Below are positions 1-10,424 of a DNA stretch of 64,000 nucleotides, piece after piece. Below the pieces are notes generated by a model. The model did no database searches, was not told where the DNA came from, and was given only the letters and a program-made list of their open reading frames with translations. The stretch's first letter is position 1; each line of letters begins with the position of its first letter. The DNA is from Eledone cirrhosa (lineage: Eukaryota), in assembly GCA_964016885.1 (NCBI GenBank), contig OZ024742.1, positions 273,482,001 through 273,546,000 of the forward strand, given 5' to 3'. The position numbers were made by a program, and so were the translations under genes.

Positions 1-960
1 AGTCTATAGGAGTTGAACCTACATATATTATCACTGGTTTTGACTGTGCATTTTAGACCACATCCTTATCTAAGCACTTATTTTTTAAAGGACAGTTTGA
101 TTTAATTCTACAATTACATTTAGCGGAGTTGATGTTATTCGGAACAGTATTATTATGTTGGATATTGCTAGAGATATTACTGCTATTTGGGTTATGGTTT
201 AGATTTCTATTATTCATTCTATTTATATATTGTGCTAGGTTCGTAGTAGTAGAGTAATATAGTTTTATTGTATGTCTGTTAAAGAATGGGTGATATCTAT
301 GGGCTTTGGGAAAACATTTATCTAGAGCTTTAAATAATAGTTAAGCTAAAGTTATTTTAACGCTTAATGAAAATGGAGGTGAATACCAAATTATATTTCT
401 AGTTCTATTTCTTCTGTTAATTTTAGAGTTTACGTTAGGTTTTATTATAATTATAATTAATAGTAGGGTTATTTCCCTTATTACTGTTGTCGATGTGTTT
501 AATCTTATTTATATAGCCTGCTCTAGTTAAAGCTTCATTATAATATTCTGTCTAATCATCAAAAATGTTTTTATTAGCGGAGATTCGACAAAAATACGTT
601 GTTGTATAGAATTTACAAAAGTGTTCTTAATAGATCTAGGATGATTAGAGTTGAAGCTTACATAGTTTAAATTCTCATTAATTTTATGGAATGGATAGTA
701 GAGTCCTGTGTTAAGGTTTAACGTTTCGTCTAAAAAGTTATCAATTTTATAGTTATTCTCTATTTCTAACTTTAGATTGTAGCTATTGAAAAATTGTATT
801 ATTGATTTTCTTTTTCTATTAATTTCACAATTACTATTATTGTCAATTAAAAGCAGCATATTATCACGATATGAACCACAGGTCATCTCCGGTATTTTTC
901 TATGTAGTGTATTATTAATAAATAGTCCCACAAGATCCGTTATTTGCGCCGAGTCATGGG
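1..960 (-). mobile_element. Penelope-like element fragment (RT C-terminus, linker, start of GIY-YIG), Hydra-clade-like, decayed
   Basis: ORF 527..931 has GSYRDN (degenerate YRDD) and FLDETLNLNTG..PFHK..YVSFNSNHP. Minus-strand translation of ~70-120 gives CNCRIKSNCPLKNKCL, and YVGST lies near position 1-30. Confidence 0.85.
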
Positions 961-965
961 GTCAT

Positions 966-967
<2 letters not shown>

Positions 968-1022
<55 letters not shown>
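968..1022. repeat. (TA)n microsatellite
   Basis: Direct reading; forms the left flank of the 1021-2109 element. Confidence 0.98.
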
Positions 1023-1026
<4 letters not shown>

Positions 1027-1095
1027 TATGAAGAGAGAAGAAACATTTAGATATAATTAGTAATAAAATGTATCATACCTAAACTGCTCCTAAAT

Positions 1096-1185
1096 TCCTC
1101 GACTACGTAGTTTCGTGGCATAAACAAAAACAATATATCATAAAGATATAGAGTCCCTGCGAGGTCTGCCGACTTATCAAGAGGA
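1096..1185 (-). ncRNA. Type I hammerhead ribozyme, U3:A8 core variant with long stem II insertion
   Basis: Minus strand: TCCTC-TTGATAA-GT(C)GGCA...TGCCAC-GAAA-CTACGTAG-TC-GAGGA. Stem I is 5 bp, stem III is palindromic, triplet is GUC. Confidence 0.85.
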
Positions 1186-1690
1186 TACCTCATTTTACTA
1201 GCCTCAAGAACGCGTCTACACGACGTGAGAAAGAATCCCAAAAGGCGGAGGGGGAGATAGTCACGCGATATAACGGTCGAGAAACAGAGCTAAGCCTCTT
1301 ATAACCACGAAGAAAATACCACGGAGGCGGAGGGGGTATTCATATCGAGGCCGCAGAAGAGGTGGTGAAGAAGGCTAGAAGTATGAGTAATGGAAGCTTT
1401 CCAGTTGTCCCCACACTTCAAAGATTGCTCGACCAGAGGGAGTTATTAACAATATATTTAGAAACACACAGATACATGCGGACACACACATATATACATG
1501 AATGCATCCGCACCCAACTGTGAGTTAAGGGTGCCAACTTCACCGATGTTGCTCAATGAATGACCGGGACAGACCAATTCAGTTGAACCAGACTGAACCA
1601 GTATCAGAGTTAAAAATACATTATGAAGAGAGAAGAAACATTTAGATATAATTAGTAATAAAATGTATCATACCTAAACTGCTCCTAAAT

Positions 1691-1780
1691 TCCTCGACTA
1701 CGTAGTTTCGTGGCATAAACAAAAACAATATATCATAAAGATATAGAGTCCCTGCGAGGTCTGCCGACTTATCAAGAGGA
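1691..1780 (-). ncRNA. Type I hammerhead ribozyme, second identical copy (U3:A8)
   Basis: Same motif as 1096-1185, shifted by 595 nt. Confidence 0.85.
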
Positions 1781-2107
1781 TACCTCATTTTACTAGTCTC
1801 AAGAACGCGTCTACACGACGTGAGAAAGAATCCCAAAAGGCGGAGGGGGAGATAGTCACGCGATATAATGGTCGAGAAACAGAGCTACGCCTCTTATAAC
1901 CACGAAGAAAATACCACGGAGGCGGAGGGGGTGTTCATATCGAGGCCGCAGAAGAGGTGGTGAAGAAGGCTAGAAGTATGAGTAATGGAAGCTTTCCAGT
2001 TGTCCCCACACTTCAAAGATTGCTCGACCAGAGGGAGTTATTAACAATATATTTAGAAACACACAAATACATGCGGACACACACATATATACATGAATGC
2101 ATCCGCA

Positions 2108-2109
<2 letters not shown>

Positions 2110-2148
<39 letters not shown>

Positions 2149-2174
2149 CACAATATGTTGAAGAGCTAGTACAC

Positions 2175-2220
<46 letters not shown>
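2110..2220. repeat. (TA)n and (GA)n microsatellites
   Basis: Direct reading: (TA)n about 2110-2143, (GA)n about 2177-2220. Confidence 0.95.
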
Positions 2221-2223
<3 letters not shown>

Positions 2224-2274
2224 CGCCATCAATAAAACAGGGAAAACCACCTGTGTATGGAATCTATAACTATG

Positions 2275-3133
2275 AATCAGATAAGAAAGCAAGTATCTGG
2301 GGTCTAGCACATCTGCTATAACAAGCGGAATCGGCAAGTTCTATCATAGAATGGGGGGGGGTACTGAGGCTACAGAGGACAGAAGGGCTGCCTCGGGATG
2401 GGCGAGAAGGTGAAAAGAACGACGACAAAGAAGGAGATCTGGGGTGGAAGGACTAAGAAGGGATGGGGAGAAGAAAGAAATATAGAGGAAACGATAAAAA
2501 ATATATGAGACATCTTACGTCTACCTTTGTAAGCAGGGGTTACCCATTAAAAAGTCGGCAAGTGGGGTGTTTCAGCCCTAGTCTACCCCCCCCCCCCCAC
2601 GGGTCATTATGTGGTTTGAGGGCGAAATAAGTCCTACGCAGTCTGTGTTTGTCTGTAGTTACCATTTCGTCTTTCTTGTTTAGAAGTTGGTCCGTCGAAA
2701 ACACCATTTGTAATGTTACCTCCGAGCTTAAGTTACACGGGGGGGCGTCCTCCCGTGTAAGAGTTGGCTCTGGACAGTAAGCTCCAAGTGAGATTATAGG
2801 TTATATTGTTATCTTTGAGGTCCCAGATGTGGCCCGAAAGTGTAGTGGCGTGACGCCGGGCCGGGTTTCGGAAAGTATGTCTGTGTTGGTATAGCCGGGT
2901 CTTGAAGTCACAAGCGGTTAATCCTATATAAGCTTTGTTGGAGGTGACCGTCCGCACGTTGCACTGGTAGATCATATTTAGATCACTGCATCTGTTGTCG
3001 ATGGGGAAAATGGATCCATTAGGACTGTTACACCTCCTGGTGGGCTCTCCACTGCTATCTAGGTTATTTCTTCCATAGGCGTTCAGTTTTTTGTTGTTAG
3101 AGGAGACGATGTTTTGTGCAAAATTAGGTGTGT
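2275..3133 (-). mobile_element. Penelope-like element 3' fragment (GIY-YIG plus 3' UTR), inverted partner of 3685-4548
   Basis: ORF 2733..2975 reads IYQC..KAYIGLTACDFKTRLYQHRHTF..TTLSGHIWDLKD; reverse-complement match to 3685-4548. Confidence 0.9.
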
Positions 3134-3154
3134 TGTACCCTTTAAGGGTACAAC

Positions 3155-4548
3155 CCCAGTAGTACAGACCGGGTCCGGAAACAATTAATCAGCTTCTTCT
3201 GTGACTGGGGATTTAAAATAACCCTACAAACGTCCCTAACCCGAATAAACTTCCTGGACGTTACCCTTGACCTAGATAATGATCTGTACTACACATACAG
3301 AAAACCAAACGACAACCTGCACTACATCCACCACCGGTCAAACCATCCTAGAAACATCAACAATAACCTGGTTCAAAACATCTCCCTCCGCATATCTCGT
3401 TTGTCCGCTTATGAGCAGATATTCAAGGAACATGTTATTACAACTAGGCCCTCAAGCGGATTGGCTTCCGGGAGGAAATATCCTACTGTCCAGCTCCCAC
3501 TAGCGGAAACAGCAGGCGACACCGCCGCTCACACAACGTAACATGTTTCAATCCTCCCCACAACGCCGAGGTGACAACACATATCGGGAAAAATCTTCTT
3601 TAGGCTCATCGAAAAACACTTCTGACTACAACACCGCTACCACAACATAATTAACAAAAATACTATCAAACTCTCCTACAGCACCACACCTAACTTTGCA
3701 CAAAACATCGTCATCTTCTCCTCTAACAACAAAAAAATCAACCCCTATGGAAGAAATAACCTAGATAGCAGTGGAGAGCCGACCAGGAGGTGTAACTGTC
3801 CTGATAGATCCATATTCCCCCTCGACAACAGATGCAGAGATCGTAATGTGATCTACCAGTGCAACGTGACACGGACACCTCCAACAGAGCTTATATAGGA
3901 TTAACTGCTTGTGACTTCAAGACCCGGCTATACCAACACAGACATACTTTCCGAAACCCGGCCCGGCGTCACGCCACTACACTTTCGGGCCACATCTGGG
4001 ACCTCAAAGATAACAATATAACCTATAATCTCACTTGGAGCTTACTGTCCAGAGCCAACACTTACATGGGAGGACGCGGTCCGTGTAACTTATGCTTGGA
4101 GGAAACATTACAAATGATGTTTTCGACGGACCAACTCCTAAACAAGAAAGACGAACTGGTAACTGCATGCAAACACAGACTGCGTAGGACTTATTTCGCC
4201 CTCAAACCCCGTAATGACCCCGGGAGGGGAGGGTAGACTAGGGCTGAAACACCCCAATTGCCGACTTTGTAATGGGTAACCCCTGCTTACAAAGGTAGAC
4301 GTAAGATGTCTCATATATATTTTATCGTTTCCTCTATATTTCTTTCTTCCCCCATCCCTTCTTAGTCCTTCCACCCCAGATCCCCTTCTTTGTCGTCGTT
4401 CTTTTCACCTTCTCGCCCACCCCGAGGCAGCCCTTCGGTCCTCTGTAGCCTCAGTACCCCCCCACCCCCATTAATTTGATAGAATTGGGCGATTTCGCTT
4501 TTTATAGCAGATGTGCTAGACCCCAGATACTTGCTTTCTTATCTGATT
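3155..4548 (+). mobile_element. Penelope-like element, 5'-truncated, Hydra-clade-like (RT thumb, linker, GIY-YIG), frameshifted
   Basis: NFLDVTLDL near 3247, FNPP near 3545, KLSYSTT near 3668, CNCPDRS near 3790, and ORF 3859..4236 with AYIGLT and CNLCLEE. Confidence 0.9.
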
Positions 4549-4549
4549 G

Positions 4550-5430
4550 CTACCCCATGTCCGTGATTTCCAGATTTCATAGTGATGCTTCAGTTTCTCG
4601 TATATCAGTATTTTTTTTTATCTTGGGAGAGGAGGGGGGGGGATATTCTGAATTAATTGTTCGTATTAAATTTTTCGTATTAGTTTTTCATATATATCGT
4701 ACGAGCATTTATGTAGTTTGTATTAGAATTTATGTATTGTAGCAGTACTCTTATATATCGTATTAGTATTCATTTTCGGGATTCTGATTTAATATTTCGT
4801 ATTAGTTTCGGGTCTCTGCATTATTACTTTTTTTAGTATTTTGGCCCCCTACTTCTGGACCTGTCATTGTAAGATAGATTTGGCCGATTACTACTAACTC
4901 ATTAAATTATTTCACTACAATCTCGTATTTAGTATTCCGTCCCACCTATTAGACTTTTCTATAGTTTAGCAGTACCAGTGAGAGATTTGATGATTGTGGA
5001 ATGGGAATAGTAACCAGAAATTGTGTTTTTTTATATTTTTTTTATTTTTTATATTTTTCTATATATTTACTCCATATAGATGTACTTATTGTTTCGACTT
5101 CCTCCCCACCTCTCTAGTATACTTTTTTCAACCTCTTCCTTAGAATCTGCTGTAGTCGTCACTTTCAACGCTCGACTGGGTTTCCTCCACTCCCTCTCCC
5201 TCTTTCTTCTACTGACAAGTTCAGCTACCCCTACCTTCCACAAAATGCCATGATAGAATCATGTTTCTCAACAACAAGCTTTTGACCATTCCTTGTGACA
5301 ATCACTTTTACCATATATGGAATTGCCCCCTGAGAAGTTCGGCTATTCATTTACCAGGATAAAAATGTTCATTTAGTCCAGAATTAGCTGTCGAAACGGC
5401 TTGAGCTCAGCCGTCAGGGTCCTACTAGTT
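4550..5430 (+). repeat. Non-coding pLTR-like segment ending in a hammerhead; related partial copy at 7060-7222
   Basis: 5296-5432 aligns with 7087-7222; no ORF. Confidence 0.6.
5325..5420 (+). ncRNA. Hammerhead ribozyme, probably inactivated (C3 opposite A8)
   Basis: GCCCC-CTGAGAA-GTTCGGCTA...TAGCTGTC-GAAA-CGGCT-tgagctc-AGCCG-TC-AGGGT; paralogue of 7116-7209. Confidence 0.7.
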
Positions 5431-5474
5431 CCTATCGAGGCCTCTTTGGATTTTAGTCTTGAAATTTATATAAT

Positions 5475-5477
<3 letters not shown>

Positions 5478-5552
<75 letters not shown>
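5478..5552. repeat. (TA)n microsatellite
   Basis: Direct reading. Confidence 0.98.
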
Positions 5553-5557
<5 letters not shown>

Positions 5558-7060
5558 TATTGAAGGTTGCTTGAAGCGATGTGGAACAATAAGTAAATAT
5601 CTTTAAGTCGTTTGGAAGGCTCGACAATGCAAATGGGTAAATCTCCGGGTAACAAGGTCCGGTGGTGCAGAGAGAGATGTAAGTGGGTGTACGTTGAGAT
5701 GCGTGGTGTGTATAAGATGTGTGAGATGTGTAGAATGAAGGGAAGAGTATAAAGGATAAAAATAAAAATAACAACACAAGAGAGAGTTACCTTGGGAGAG
5801 ATTTAATAGTCCCTATATATTTCGGATTCACATCCATCAACTGGGGTTTTTTTCCGGGGTGGGGGAAAAGGTTGTCTGTCGGACAAGTCCGGAACGCGTC
5901 TTTCGCTGTTTGTTGTTTTGAATATCTGAGGTATTCGGCAGAGCGCGCGTGCGCGTGAAATGGGGTTGGTCGTACAGAGGTCAGCGGCCGAATGAGGGAG
6001 TGGGATGGCGCTAGCTGTCAGTCCATTATCTGCCTGTTTGTTAAATGTTACTGTGTGTGTGCGTGTGTTGTTGTCTCGCTTGAGTGTGTGTGTTGTGCGT
6101 GTGTGTTGTTGCCTTGTTCATCTCTATTGGCAGTATAGTATGTTCGTATGGTGGAATGCTGCTGTGTGTGTGTGTGTGTGTGTAGTTGTCTCGTTTGCGT
6201 GTGTTGTGTGTTGTTGCATCGCTTGTTAACTTAAACCAGCCATTTCATTTCGCTTGTCTCTGATCGGTTGTTTATTTGCGATTGCAGTCGTTTGATAAAA
6301 AGCGCTTCCTTGATACGTAACGTGCCGACATTTCTTTCAGTCGCTAGAATTGTGACAATGGGCCTTCCGTCTTTGTTTCCGCATTTGTCTATGTGTTTCC
6401 GGAAAAACGAGGCCCTGGTTTTAGTGTGTTCCTTGATCCGGATGTGCAAAGGTCGAATTGTGCTACATATGTAGTATTGGTTGCACATGTCACATTCTAT
6501 CTTATACACGACGTATGTGCGTAGGCAACAGTTAGCATGGCGTATCGGGCAGTCTCTGAGGGAGCATGCGTCAGTAGATTTTTCGGGTTTCCTGGAGAGG
6601 CATCTTCGCAGGGAGGGGCCCGAGTGGGCCAGGTGGATGTCGAGGCCCTCCCTCCGTATAGCCTTGCGGATAGCGTTGGTGGTTTTCTCGCCCAAGTGTG
6701 GCATTTTAAGGAAGCACTTGCCTTGGGTGCTTCTCTGTCTCTTGCGTCTGGTGTCTCCTATTCTGTCTGTGATCGAGGTAGGGTACCCGTTCGTCTCCAG
6801 CACCTCGAGGAATCGCTTAGTATGAGTGACACCACTCGCGGGATCGCTGCATCTGTTTTTGATTCGCGCGATCTCGTTCGTGATATATCCTCTTTTGGCA
6901 CTGTTAGGGAGGGCGGACTTGTAGTGAACGAATAGGTCCCTGCAGGCTGCCTTTCTGTAGAAGTTGCAGTGGATCCCTCCTTGTTCCGTGATGTTGATTC
7001 GGAAGTCGAGGAGGGCCAGTGACCCGTCTTCGTTGCGGGTGTTAAACACTGAAGTCAATG
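5553..7060 (-). mobile_element. Penelope-like element 3' portion (RT thumb plus GIY-YIG, with 3' UTR/pLTR); family distinct from the Hydra-like copies
   Basis: ORF 6231..7058: LLDFRI..FYRK..HYKSALP..NGYP..CSLRDCPI..VVYKIECDMCNQYYICSTIRPLHIRIKEH..EALFIK..INNRSE. Confidence 0.88.
5811..5846 (-). ncRNA. Degenerate minimal hammerhead in the PLE 3' region
   Basis: CCC-CAGTTGA-T-GGAT-gtga-ATCC-GAAA-TATA-TA-GGG; the core deviates at positions 4 and 6. Confidence 0.55.
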
Positions 7061-7115
7061 TTCTCGTCCGAATTACTACTACCTTTTGACAATCACTTTG
7101 ACCATATATGGAATT

Positions 7116-7209
7116 ACCCCTTGAGAAGCTCGGCTATTTAAATACCAGGATTAATTTTCATTTAGTCCAGAATTAGCCGTCGAAACGGCTTGAGCTCAGC
7201 CGTCGGGGT
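7116..7209 (+). ncRNA. Type I hammerhead ribozyme, U3:A8 variant, full 5-bp stem III, long stem II
   Basis: ACCCC-TTGAGAA-G(CT)CGGCTA...TAGCCG(T)C-GAAA-CGGCT-tgagctc-AGCCG-TC-GGGGT; GUC triplet. Confidence 0.85.
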
Positions 7210-7219
7210 CTTACTGGTT

Positions 7220-7267
<48 letters not shown>

Positions 7268-7375
7268 TATATATATAAGTATATATATATATGCGTATAT
7301 ATATATATACATATATATAACCAAAAGTTAAACAAGTTTCATAGATTAATCAATTTATATATTTGTAATTTATAT

Positions 7376-7438
7376 ATTTTATCTGATGAGGACATACTGA
7401 GAAACAGCACAGTACCTCCGAAATATATATAATAAAAT
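7376..7438 (+). ncRNA. Minimal type I hammerhead, canonical core, isolated between (TA)n tracts
   Basis: ATTTTAT-CTGATGA-GGA..TACTG..CAGTA..TCC-GAAA-TATATA-TA-ATAAAAT. Stem I is 7 bp, stem III is palindromic, triplet is AUA. Confidence 0.8.
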
Positions 7439-7483
7439 ACATTTGATTAAATGAATGTCTATATTTATTAATATTTTTAATTA

Positions 7484-7837
<354 letters not shown>

Positions 7838-8759
7838 CATTTCAGGTTATCAATAATGTAGTGATAATATATCGTTACGTTAGAGATGAACAGCGTACGT
7901 GCAGGTTTGCTCAACGAGTATAAATTATATTCCGGAGAAAATGTAGAAAGGATGAATATAAAATGAAAGTTCTTTTTTTTTAAAGGAATTTATTAGGTAT
8001 TGACATATGTTTCCGTAACAGACGGAATACCTATGTATCGCTGCTTGCGTAATCATATAATGTTAGCAAGTATTCGATAGCAAATGTATAATCAGTTGTC
8101 ACTTCTTCAGAGATTTTGGATAAATTGGATAAAATCAGAAAAATTGAAGTATTTATATTAGTAATAGAGGAAGAAAAAGAGAGGAGAGTATATGACAGAT
8201 GGTAAATCAATTTACTGCTAAACAAGTATATAATGGGTTTCTAATGAGAATACCATGAGTAAATGGTTCATTTTGTCTAAATAAGAATTTTTGGGAATGC
8301 CAATTTTAATCTCTACTTGACCAATTGGACAGTGGACAGGGCTGGTCATTTGGTGTAGTAGTATTAATTATAAAGTGTCAATTGGGGATGGGGGAGATTT
8401 CGATTGCTACTGAATAACATCAATGCTAGTAGCCAGCTGGTATATGCATTAGGGAATTGAATCAAGAAATCAGAAATCTCATTTTATCTATAGCAGTTTA
8501 TATTAAAAGGTAAATAATAGAAGAGTTGATAGAATTAAGACTAATAAAGAATGTTAATATCTATTTTGACAATCAAACGGAGATAGAGACAGGCGTTCAA
8601 TCCTGGTAGTATTTATAATATGAAAATGTAGATTTTAAGCGATGGTTACAGTATAACGATCGCTCTATTCTGTTATTTAATAAAATGTTTTTGGATTTCA
8701 TAATACAAAATAATTCTACATTACATAATTTACAAAATTCCTGTGCATGGGAATAGGGG

Positions 8760-9000
8760 GGGGGCAGCCGCTATTATATCCCATTTTAGGTGAAATTGTT
8801 AGTTATTTTCACGCAGCTGCCAAGCCTTGTCTGCGAGTGTTGTTACATAACGCTGGTTTTCGTGTTCTATCACCCTTGAGACCGCTACTCGTACTGGTTT
8901 TCCTCCCATGGCCTGGCGTACGCGTCCTTTTCGCTAATATGGTGTTATCGGGTTCAATGGGTTTAGTGGTGTCTACTGTGCATGGGAAGATAACAAACAC
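8760..9000 (-). mobile_element. Penelope-like linker fragment
   Basis: ORF 8809..9000 ends CNNTRRQGLAAA, resembling SVQNKGMEAARNNTSNCNC of the 13828-15828 element. Confidence 0.45.
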
Positions 9001-9009
9001 ATAGCGCCC

Positions 9010-9860
9010 AAATGAAAAGCAACAATGCAGGAACCACTAGGAACCCAACAACTCCCCAACAGATCACAGCACGCTCAACCCATCCACATAGGTATAGACG
9101 TAGAAAAATCACATGGTACAACCCACCCTACTCAGCGGCCCTAAAGAACAGCATGAACGGGGCATTCTTTAGAGCACTAGATAAATGCTTCGCGAGGGAC
9201 CATAGATACCACAAGATCTTCAACAGCCACACTGTGAAGCTCTCGTATTCTACCACGCGCAACGTAGCTCAGCACATAGCTAGCATCAATAGGGCTAGAC
9301 TTAGAACCTACACACAACCAGAAGCTGGCAATATAAGCCCCCAGCAGAGCCATGTGGAGGGAGGGAAGAGTGGTCCCTGTACCCACCCTGCGAACCCAAA
9401 CAGACCTAGGAACCCCCCCCCCCGCACCGGGCCCAGGAGAAGTCCACCATATAATATTCAACGGGAACCCTATATTAAGCACTCGGGTGTCGGCCACCTC
9501 CGCGCAACTGCAGAACCCCCACATTATTCCCCCTTAGTAATGAATGTGTGTGTGTGTGTCACAGCTCCCCCCTTTTCAGGTTTAGCTGGCCTCCTCCAAG
9601 GTATATCTCGTTGGAGGTCTCTTGGGTAATTTAATGATAGGGACCCCAGTCCTATCATCCCATTTCTACAGTAATGAATACCTAAGTAAGGACTTAATAT
9701 ACGGATGTACAGTAAAAAACCCAACTCTGAGTACATTTTCATAGGAGCCAAATCAAGGAGCTTCAAAGACCGATGGTATAACCATCGCCATTCCTTTACT
9801 AGGAGGAAAAAAAGGAAAAGTACGGCTCATTCCGAATTGATCTGGAAGGTCAAGATGGAC
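9010..9860 (+). mobile_element. Penelope-like element fragment (post-RT linker and GIY-YIG remnant)
   Basis: RRRKITWYNPPYS..FFRALDKCF..HRYHKIFNSHTVKLSYSTT in ORF 9012..9629; FIGAKSRSFKDRWYNHRHSF..ELIWK at ~9738-9850. Confidence 0.82.
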
Positions 9861-10202
9861 ATAGCAGCAGCACACTAAAGCTTACCTGCCAGCTGACCCC
9901 CTAACACCACTACCACTACCAACACAATGGAGGAGGTCAGCTGTACTTAAACAAAACCAACTACAACTGATTTTCTTGCTTCAGAACATTTTCTATGGAC
10001 TGTTGACAGAGGAATGTTCTCACAACTGACCAATGGGATGCGAGCGTATCTTATGACGCCGAAATTCTTTTGTTCTAACTCATATAATTCCAGTTCCTCA
10101 AGCAAATATTAACACAACCAGGAGCTGGACATATCGATGAATTGACGGAGTAAAACACAATTCAACAAAATGTGTACCTATCTTTCCCACACCAATTCGG
10201 AA

Positions 10203-10253
10203 TGCATGAAGAGGTCACAGCCAATGATGGCTGTCACAGAAAAATATATAGCA
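10203..10253 (+). ncRNA. Degenerate hammerhead (position 3 = A)
   Basis: TGC-ATGAAGA-G-GT(C)ACAGCCA-atga-TGGCTGT(C)AC-A-GAAA-AATATA-TA-GCA. Confidence 0.55.
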
Positions 10254-10424
10254 GTATATCGAAAATTTATAATAAACGAAGCCAGATTTTATATATTTGA
10301 CTTAATTATTTTACATTACACCGGAGTAAACAAACCAGCCTGCCTACTTCATCGAGTGCTCCAATCTGCATACTGAGGTGTCGGTAAGCAACTTACATAT
10401 AGTCAAAATTCATATATGTATATA

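Larger units (their letters stand above)
1021..2109 (-). mobile_element. Non-coding retrozyme-like element: two 494-bp direct repeats (1021-1514, 1616-2109) around a 101-bp spacer, 595-bp period
   Basis: Repeats differ at about 5 positions, each carries an intact hammerhead, there is no meaningful ORF, and (TA)n flanks both sides. Confidence 0.8.

Noticed and set aside
1515-1615. Pol III A-box-like TGGTTCAGTCTGG on the minus strand of the retrozyme spacer
   Set aside because: No properly spaced B box or tRNA-like fold; a chance match cannot be excluded.
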